Of a stretch of DNA of 64,000 bases, positions 57,793-64,000 are shown piece by piece (position 1 is the first letter of the stretch; every line of letters begins with the position of its first letter). A model generated the notes under the pieces. It made no database searches. It was not told the DNA's origin and saw only the letters and a program-made list of their open reading frames with translations. This stretch comes from Deltaproteobacteria bacterium (GTDB taxonomy: Bacteria; Desulfobacterota; GWC2-55-46): the NCBI GenBank assembly GCA_038043525.1, contig JBBTBW010000016.1, forward strand, positions 14,713 through 78,712. The letters are read 5' to 3'. Both the position numbers and the translations under genes were made by a program.

Positions 57793-58053
57793 ATGGCGGG
57801 ACATAACGACAAGCATCATCACGAACCAGGCGTAGTAACAGGCAAGATGATAGTCCAGGATCTGCTCCAGGTCTGTCCGCAGGCCGAGGCTATCTTCAAA
57901 AAGCACCTTGGCGAGAGGGTCTTCTGCATCCCTGCGATGAAGACCGAGGCGATAGAGTTTGTCGCGGCCATGAATGACTATCATGAGTATATTCTTGTCG
58001 CTGAACTCAACGAGATCTGCAAGATAGCCCCTGAAAAGGTAGGCCACTTCTAA
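57793..58053 (+). CDS. DUF1858-like small protein (hybrid-cluster-protein-associated redox-disulfide family, inferred)
   Basis: 86 aa. Core IVQDLLQVCPQAEAIFKKHLGERVFCIPAMKTEAIEFVAAMNDYHEYILVAELNEI resembles DUF1858. His-rich N-terminus (HNDKHHHE). Starts 17 nt after the nuoN stop. Confidence 0.45.
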   Translation: MAGHNDKHHHEPGVVTGKMIVQDLLQVCPQAEAIFKKHLGERVFCIPAMKTEAIEFVAAMNDYHEYILVAELNEICKIAPEKVGHF

Positions 58054-58079
58054 GCGTATCGATTATCAAGGCTCATCAA

Positions 58080-58964
58080 ATGGAACCAGCAAGCACAGAG
58101 TCCGGCGTCTTAAAACGCCGGACGTTTTTATCTCCGGCCAAGGTCAACATCTTCCTGAAGGTCCGCTCTAAAAGGCCGGACGGTTACCATGAGATATATT
58201 CCCTCATGCAGCCGGTATCCCTCTATGACGTGATCGAGATCTTACTTACTCCCGGGGCCTTGAAGGCTGTCAGGTGCAAGGGCTACGGCGTGCCTGAAGG
58301 CCGAGAAAACCTCGCATGCAGGGCGGCTGAGGCCTTTCTTGAAAGAACCGGGATCGCCGCAGAGGTCGAGATATTCATCACAAAAAACATCCCGATTGGC
58401 GCGGGGCTCGGAGGCGGAAGCTCTGATGCGGCAGGCGTTCTGCTGGGGCTCAACTCCATGACCGGCCAAGGTCTGGCCGAAACCGAACTGATGGAACTTG
58501 GCGCTTTAATAGGGTCGGATGTGCCGTTTTTTATCCTTAAGGGCCCGGCCATCGCATCAGGCAGGGGGGAGATCCTCAAGAGGGTCAAGACCCCGCGATG
58601 CCACTACGTATTGGTAAACCCCTCCATTCACGTTTCGACCCAGTGGGCATACTCTAATTTGGACTTGACAAAAAAGGCGAAAGATAATACGCTAACGTAT
58701 TCTGAGGCGGGTTTTTCAACCGCAGAATCGATGGCCGGCATCCTTGAAAACGACCTTGAGGCCGTTACCGCAGTGAGTTTTCCTGAGATCGGTTTGATAA
58801 AGGAAGCGTTGGTTGAGTATGGTGCGCTCGGCGCCTTGATGTCAGGGAGCGGGTCTACCGTATTCGGGGTTTTTTCCGAGGAGGCGCGGGCAGAGGCGGC
58901 CTTCGAGCTTGTCAGTAAGAGATTCGGCGGTAGTTATAGCGTCTATCTCGCCCAAGGTCTTTGA
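58080..58964 (+). CDS. ispE: 4-diphosphocytidyl-2-C-methyl-D-erythritol kinase
   Basis: SPAKVNIFLKV...DGYHEI and the GHMP-kinase loop PIGAGLGGGSSDAAGVL. Confidence 0.9.
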   Translation: MEPASTESGVLKRRTFLSPAKVNIFLKVRSKRPDGYHEIYSLMQPVSLYDVIEILLTPGALKAVRCKGYGVPEGRENLACRAAEAFLERTGIAAEVEIFITKNIPIGAGLGGGSSDAAGVLLGLNSMTGQGLAETELMELGALIGSDVPFFILKGPAIASGRGEILKRVKTPRCHYVLVNPSIHVSTQWAYSNLDLTKKAKDNTLTYSEAGFSTAESMAGILENDLEAVTAVSFPEIGLIKEALVEYGALGALMSGSGSTVFGVFSEEARAEAAFELVSKRFGGSYSVYLAQGL

Positions 58965-59022
58965 GGATACGCTGTAAAGTCTCGGTAATTGCTTTAGTTT
59001 AGCCCCTACACGGGATCTCTGC

Positions 59023-59097
59023 TGGGGCGTCGCCAAGCGGTAAGGCACGGGGTTTTGATCCCCGCACCCGGAGGTTCGAATCCTTCCGCCCCAACCA
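59023..59097 (+). tRNA. tRNA-Gln (anticodon UUG)
   Basis: TGGGGCGTCGCCAAGCGGTAAGGC closely matches canonical bacterial tRNA-Gln; anticodon loop TTTTGAT; GGTTCGAATCC T-arm; encoded CCA. Confidence 0.9.
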
Positions 59098-59174
59098 AAG
59101 TGGCGCTGTCGTCAGGATGCCGTAAGTTTTACATAAAAATCGGTCTTATCGCTAAAACCTGAGAAGAGAAGGAT

Positions 59175-60113
59175 ATGGATACGAAGATAAAGGTATTTAC
59201 CGGCAACTCAAACAAGCCGCTTGCGCTTGAGATATGCGAACACCTAGGCTTAACGCTCGGCAAATCAGAGGTGAGGAGCTTCAGCGACGGCGAGGTCTTT
59301 GTCGATATACAGGAATCCGTCAGGGGTGTCGAGGTCTATGTTGTCCAGTCGACATGCCTGCCGTGCAACAATAACCTGATGGAACTTCTTATAATGCTCG
59401 ATGCTTTCAAAAGGGCCTCGGCAGTCTCAGTAACGGCAGTGATCCCATACTACGGGTACGCGAGGCAGGACAGGAAGGTAGCTCCGAGGACGCCGATCTC
59501 AGCCAAGCTCGTGGCGGACCTTATTACTGTCGCGGGTGCTACCAGGGTCGTATGCGTCGATCTTCACGCAGGACAGATCCAGGGGTTCTTCAATATTCCC
59601 GTTGACCATCTCTACGCCACACCTGTGCTTCTCAACTACATCAAAGAGAACTTTCACGACGATATGGTGATCGTATCTCCTGACGCCGGAGGCGTCGAAA
59701 GGGCTAGGGCTTTCGCAAAGAGGCTCGGCGCGAACCTTGCCATCATAGACAAGAGAAGGCCGGCGCCTAACGTCTCCGAAGTCATGAACATAATCGGCGA
59801 CATCGAAGGCAAGACAGCGATCATACTCGACGACATGATAGATACGGCAGGGACTATAACACAGGCCGCAGAGGCGCTCAAGAAGCAGGGCGCGAAACAG
59901 ATCTATGCCTGCTGTTCGCACGCGGTGCTTTCAGGCCCTGCGATAGAGAGGCTTGAAAAGTCTCCTATCAAGGAGCTTGTCGTGACTAACACAATACCTA
60001 AAAGAGACGGCGCAACGTCGGATAAGATCAAGAGGCTCTCTGTCGGTCCGCTTCTCGGCGAGGCGATAAAGAGGATACATTACGGAGAGTCGGTAAGTTC
60101 TCTCTTCGTTTGA
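59175..60113 (+). CDS. prs: ribose-phosphate pyrophosphokinase
   Basis: PRPP-binding loop ([11 protein letters not shown]), divalent-cation site (GYARQDRK); classic position after tRNA-Gln/ispE. Confidence 0.95.
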   Translation: MDTKIKVFTGNSNKPLALEICEHLGLTLGKSEVRSFSDGEVFVDIQESVRGVEVYVVQSTCLPCNNNLMELLIMLDAFKRASAVSVTAVIPYYGYARQDRKVAPRTPISAKLVADLITVAGATRVVCVDLHAGQIQGFFNIPVDHLYATPVLLNYIKENFHDDMVIVSPDAGGVERARAFAKRLGANLAIIDKRRPAPNVSEVMNIIGDIEGKTAIILDDMIDTAGTITQAAEALKKQGAKQIYACCSHAVLSGPAIERLEKSPIKELVVTNTIPKRDGATSDKIKRLSVGPLLGEAIKRIHYGESVSSLFV

Positions 60114-60266
60114 CACATGCGCAGTTGCAGCAACGTTTGTTTTGGCAGGACATGAGACCGGGCAACCGAAGCCGAGGGCAGTCATGGAGCAGCGATAACA
60201 GAGCGGTTGAAGTCTACCGCATAAATGAACGAACAATAAAACGCAAGAAATAACCGGAGGACTAAG

Positions 60267-60926
60267 ATGGAACAGATTAATCTAACAGCCAGCCAGAGGG
60301 CGGAGACAGGCAAGAACGCCGCCAGAAGGCTTAGAAGCGCGGGTAGAGTGCCGGCGGTTATCTACGGCGCGAGCATCAAGGGCGACGCCCTGTCGATCTC
60401 ACTTAACAACAAGGAACTCGACAAAATACTTCATACGGCGGCCGGTGGAAACGTGCTGGTCAACCTCAGCCTTGATGGCGAGGCGAAGCCTCGCACAGTG
60501 ATGTTCAAGGAGGTCCACCTCCATCCGCTCAGAGGCTCGCTGATCCATGTCGATATGTACGAAGTGCAGATGGACCACAAGATCACGGTCGATGTGCCGG
60601 TCCACCTCGTCGGCAAGGCCGATGGACTGGCCTTCGGCGGAATAGTACAGGTCGAACACAGAAGGGTTCGCGTCGAGTGCTTCCCGACTCAGATACCGGA
60701 TTCTTTCGAGCTTGATATTACGCCACTTGGCGTAGGGCAGTCGTATCACGTCAGCGATATAAAGCTTGCCGAAGGCGTCGAGATGCTCGATGACCCGACG
60801 ATGACGCTAGTCTCTATCGTCTCTCCGACCGCAGAGGTGGCCCCAAAGACCGCCGAAGAGGTTGCGGCAGAGCTTGCCAAGAGCTTCGAAGAGAAGGACA
60901 AGGATGGCGCCAAGAAGGAGGCCTGA
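60267..60926 (+). CDS. rplY: 50S ribosomal protein L25/general stress protein Ctc
   Basis: N-terminal L25 beta-barrel (RAETGKNAARRLRSAGRVPAVIYG), acidic C-terminal Ctc extension. GGAGG SD. Confidence 0.9.
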   Translation: MEQINLTASQRAETGKNAARRLRSAGRVPAVIYGASIKGDALSISLNNKELDKILHTAAGGNVLVNLSLDGEAKPRTVMFKEVHLHPLRGSLIHVDMYEVQMDHKITVDVPVHLVGKADGLAFGGIVQVEHRRVRVECFPTQIPDSFELDITPLGVGQSYHVSDIKLAEGVEMLDDPTMTLVSIVSPTAEVAPKTAEEVAAELAKSFEEKDKDGAKKEA

Positions 60927-60975
60927 TCTCCCTAAGCCGTCAAAGTCTCTCTTCTGCCTTTTATCCGTATCTTCA

Positions 60976-61022
60976 AGCCAGAGGGCCGCTGTTCGTGGAA
61001 CAGAGTCCCTCTGGCTTTTTTT
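60976..61022 (+). terminator. intrinsic terminator after rplY
   Basis: AGCCAGAGGG...(inner CTGTTC-gtg-GAACAG)...CCCTCTGGCT followed by TTTTTTT. Confidence 0.75.
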
Positions 61023-61086
61023 GAGCGCGCCTTAAGCGCGTTCTTCCTTTTTGGGACCTGATGGTGTTTATTCGTAAAATACAAGG

Positions 61087-61656
61087 ATGGCATCGTTGTT
61101 TCTGATAGCAGGGCTTGGAAATCCGGGTAGCAGGTATGCAAGGACCAGGCATAACGTCGGGTTCATGCTTGCTGACAGGCTAGCCTCGGCCTCTCATCTC
61201 AAGTTTTCATCAGCAGGTGAGAGCCTCTGGGCAAAGGGGGCCGTGTCAGGCCACGATGCGCTTTTTCTGAAGCCTCAGACCTTCATGAACCTCTCAGGCG
61301 GGCCTGTCAGGGCCTTTGCCGAAAGATTCAAGGTGCACGAAGAGTCCATAATAATTGCATACGATGATATCGATCTCCCTGTCGGCAGGATACGGGTCAA
61401 ACGTGGAGGAGGGAGCGGCGGCCATCGAGGTGTCGCGTCGATCATAGAGCGTCTTGGAGGGCGCGAGTTCATACGCGTAAGGCTTGGGGTCGGAAGGCCG
61501 GTTTATGGGGATGTGGCGGATTATGTCTTGAGCCCTTTTTCAGAGGATGAAGTTGCGAGTCTCGACGAGATGCTCGAACGAGGCCTCCAGGCGATAGAGA
61601 CGATCGTAGCGCAAGGACTTGACGCGGCTATGAACAGGTTCAACTGCGCCGTGTGA
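61087..61656 (+). CDS. pth: peptidyl-tRNA hydrolase
   Basis: FLIAGLGNPGSRYARTRHNVGF, catalytic His, HRGVASI. Confidence 0.95.
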   Translation: MASLFLIAGLGNPGSRYARTRHNVGFMLADRLASASHLKFSSAGESLWAKGAVSGHDALFLKPQTFMNLSGGPVRAFAERFKVHEESIIIAYDDIDLPVGRIRVKRGGGSGGHRGVASIIERLGGREFIRVRLGVGRPVYGDVADYVLSPFSEDEVASLDEMLERGLQAIETIVAQGLDAAMNRFNCAV

Positions 61657-61848
61657 GGCGGCTGCCAGCCGGTCTGTCAGATTACAAAACGCTGGATCTG
61701 TGATAAACTTAAATAAGTTTTCGCTTGCGGCCCGCTTCTTTAGCGGCTTGGAAAAGGCGAATTGAAAAAATAGATGAATCCTGCCGTGAAGACCCTTTGC
61801 CGCTCGGCAGGGCCCTTCGAACGCGGATGAGAAAAGACAGGGGAGACG

Positions 61849-63867
61849 ATGGATATCACATCATTTGCGCCCATTCTCGGTATCGGCGGACTCGCAGTCG
61901 TAGCTTTTATTTACAGGCGCATCGCAGGTCTTCCTGACGGCAACGAGAGGATGAGGCATATAGCCGGGCTCATCCATAACGGGGCGATGACCTATCTTCG
62001 AAGGCAGTACCTGATCATAGCTATTTTTGTTGCTGTAGTTGCAACGCTCCTTGCCTTATTTATAAACTGGCAGACCTCTATCGCCTATATATCCGGCGGT
62101 ATGCTCTCGATGCTGGCAGGATACGTCGGGATGCAGGGCGCTACGAAGGCCAACGTCAGGACGGCTGAAGCGGCCAGGAGTTCCAAGCCTGGTATGGCAA
62201 GGGCCCTCGGCGTGGCGTTTTTCGGCGGTTCCATCATGGGCCTTTCCGTTGCAAGCCTCGGGCTTGTCGGGGTCGGCGTATTTTTTATCATATTCGGCGA
62301 GCCTGAGACCGCGTCGGTCATAAGCGGGTTCGCGATGGGCGCGTCTTCCATAGCCCTTTTCGCAAGGGTCGGCGGCGGCATATTCACAAAGAGCGCTGAC
62401 GTAGGGGCCGACCTTGTAGGCAAGGTCGAGGCAGGCATCCCTGAGGACGACCCTAGAAACCCGGGTGTGATAGCCGATAATGTGGGAGATAACGTAGGAG
62501 ACGTAGCCGGGCTCGGTGCTGATATATTCGAGTCCTATGTAGGGGCGATCATTGCCTCGATCGCGCTCGGGGCAACGGTCGCATCAGGGGCAGCGCTGGA
62601 GGAGCTGGGCACGCGCGCCCAGCTGATGTCGTACCCTGTAATACTGGTGATGGCGGGGCTTGTCGCGTCGCTTGCCGGCGTTTTTTCAATGGGTTTTTTG
62701 AGAAGATATGACCCGGCCTCAGCGCTTCGCTTCTCGACTTTCATAGCAACGGGAGCGTTCCTGGCGCTCGGCTACTGGGCTACGATAATCGCAGGGTGCG
62801 GTATCGGGTGTTACTGGGCGGTTGTCGCCGGTTGTCTGTGCGGAAGCGCCATAGGTCTTATAACGGAGTATTTCACCTCGGCGGGCCAGGTAAGAAAGAT
62901 CGCGACCGCGTCTCTTACGGGCGCGGGAACTAACATAATCACCGGCATCGCGGTAGGGCTTGAAAGCACGGTACTGCCTGTTATCGCTATCTGCGCCGCG
63001 ATACTCATATCCGATTATGTGGCAGGGATCTACGGGATCGGCATAGCGGCCGTAGGCATGCTTGCGACTACCGGGATAATAATGAGCGTAGACGCATACG
63101 GCCCGATAGCGGATAATGCCGGCGGCATCTCCGAGATGAGCGGGCTCGGCAAAGACGTAAGGGATATAACCGACTCCCTTGATTCGCTCGGCAATACGAC
63201 CGCCGCGATAGGAAAGGGTTTTGCAATAGGGTCGGCGGCGCTCACAGCGCTAGCTCTTTTTGCCGCTTATGGCCAGGCCATAAGCTTAAAGACCGGCGTG
63301 GTGTTTGATCTCTCTCTTACCGACCCGATAGTCGTTACAGGGCTTCTGCTCGGCGGCATAATACCGTTTTTCATAGGCGCGCTTACAATGACAAGCGTCG
63401 GGAAGGCCGCCTTTAAGATGGTCAATGAGATAAGGAGGCAATTTAAAGAGATACCCGGCCTTCTTGAGGGAAGACCCGGGGCGGAACCTGACGTTGACAA
63501 GTGCGTTGACATCAGCACCAGGGCGGCCTTGACGGAGATGATACTGCCCGGGACTCTGGCAGTCGCGTCACCAGTTCTGGTAGGCTTTGTCCTCGGGCCT
63601 CTGGCCCTTGGAGGGATGCTTGCCGGGGCGACCGTAACAGGGGTGCTACTCGCCATATTCATGGCGAATGCGGGCGGGGCATGGGATAACGCCAAGAAAT
63701 ATATCGAACAGGGCAACCTTGGGGGAAAGGGCTCGGAGGCGCACAAAGCCGCTGTAGTCGGCGATACCGTGGGAGACCCTTTCAAGGATACCTCCGGGCC
63801 TGCGATGAACATACTTATAAAGCTCATGTCGATAGTCGCACTTATCATAGCGCCGCTTCTGGTATAA
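61849..63867 (+). CDS. hppA: membrane-bound proton-translocating pyrophosphatase (V-type H+-PPase)
   Basis: ~15 TM helices; conserved [12 protein letters not shown] motif ([21 protein letters not shown]) and C-terminal [22 protein letters not shown]. Confidence 0.95.
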   Translation: MDITSFAPILGIGGLAVVAFIYRRIAGLPDGNERMRHIAGLIHNGAMTYLRRQYLIIAIFVAVVATLLALFINWQTSIAYISGGMLSMLAGYVGMQGATKANVRTAEAARSSKPGMARALGVAFFGGSIMGLSVASLGLVGVGVFFIIFGEPETASVISGFAMGASSIALFARVGGGIFTKSADVGADLVGKVEAGIPEDDPRNPGVIADNVGDNVGDVAGLGADIFESYVGAIIASIALGATVASGAALEELGTRAQLMSYPVILVMAGLVASLAGVFSMGFLRRYDPASALRFSTFIATGAFLALGYWATIIAGCGIGCYWAVVAGCLCGSAIGLITEYFTSAGQVRKIATASLTGAGTNIITGIAVGLESTVLPVIAICAAILISDYVAGIYGIGIAAVGMLATTGIIMSVDAYGPIADNAGGISEMSGLGKDVRDITDSLDSLGNTTAAIGKGFAIGSAALTALALFAAYGQAISLKTGVVFDLSLTDPIVVTGLLLGGIIPFFIGALTMTSVGKAAFKMVNEIRRQFKEIPGLLEGRPGAEPDVDKCVDISTRAALTEMILPGTLAVASPVLVGFVLGPLALGGMLAGATVTGVLLAIFMANAGGAWDNAKKYIEQGNLGGKGSEAHKAAVVGDTVGDPFKDTSGPAMNILIKLMSIVALIIAPLLV

Positions 63868-64000
63868 GGTCTTTCAATCATCTGTATGCACGCAGGCAGC
63901 GTCTGTGGCGCGGCCTCTTTTTTTGTGAAAATAAATCGAAAGGGATCAAGGGAAAGAGCGATGGGATTTAACTGCGGGATAATAGGACTGCCGAACGTCG

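Noticed and set aside
63868-63940. Terminator after hppA (T7 run at ~63920)
   Set aside because: There is a T-run but no convincing preceding stem, and the window ends shortly after, so I could not evaluate it properly.

Overview
High-GC (~60%) bacterial chromosomal segment of about 60 genes, mostly core metabolism on both strands, with two AT-rich patches that look horizontally acquired. I could only read the sequence; I ran no homology searches.

Main blocks, in order:
- 72..5138: trxB, carbamate kinase, a DEAD-box helicase and an HI0933-type flavoprotein.
- 5140..6790: an AT-rich orphan ORF with an N-terminal PIN-like 'DTN' motif, sitting just upstream of tRNA-Pro(CGG) and its terminator.
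- 6787..10566: a TIGR02757-like protein, polyprenyl synthase, nth and a Zn-ADH.
- 10574..16864 (minus strand): a complete [NiFe]-hydrogenase maturation operon (endopeptidase-hypA-B-F-C-D-E) with no hydrogenase structural genes in the window.
- 17293..22162: a divergent cluster of a cytochrome bd-like (CydA-like) membrane protein plus three c-type cytochromes, one a diheme cyt c fused to an ethylbenzene-dehydrogenase-gamma-like heme-b domain.
- 22196..24328: an AT-rich GmrSD-family (DUF262+DUF1524) type IV restriction gene flanked by ~75-bp imperfect direct repeats.
- 24763..27380: an operon of a tandem-USP protein, a radical-SAM/SPASM protein and a small membrane ORF. The first two share a C-terminal ~50-aa module.
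- 27633..36639: beta-carbonic anhydrase, an EndoQ-like PHP protein, fabI, a ferritin-like protein, galT-like, NUDIX, and a large PAS/GGDEF/EAL sensor.
- 37602..40993: gatBAC.
- 41283..42457: a 30-aa Lys/Ala-rich peptide ending in Cys-Cys, then a CN-hydrolase.
- 42675..57775: a complete 14-gene nuoA-N complex I operon with a cNMP-binding protein inserted between nuoG and nuoH.
- 57793..63867: a DUF1858-like ORF, then ispE, tRNA-Gln(UUG), prs, rplY, pth and the H+-pyrophosphatase hppA.

A modular dispersed repeat family fills three intergenic blocks (~24.3-24.8 kb, ~32.96-33.12 kb, ~36.97-37.6 kb), with one further unit at ~2.0 kb. Its modules are a CCTCCCCTT...AAGGGGAGG palindrome and a ~160-nt structured unit ending in GATGTTTTTT. 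No CRISPR array, integrase or transposase is visible.

Most interesting candidates: the bd-like oxidase/cytochrome c module, the USP/radical-SAM pair with the shared C-terminal module, the dispersed structured repeat family (possible sRNA or MITE family), and the two AT-rich defence-like insertions.
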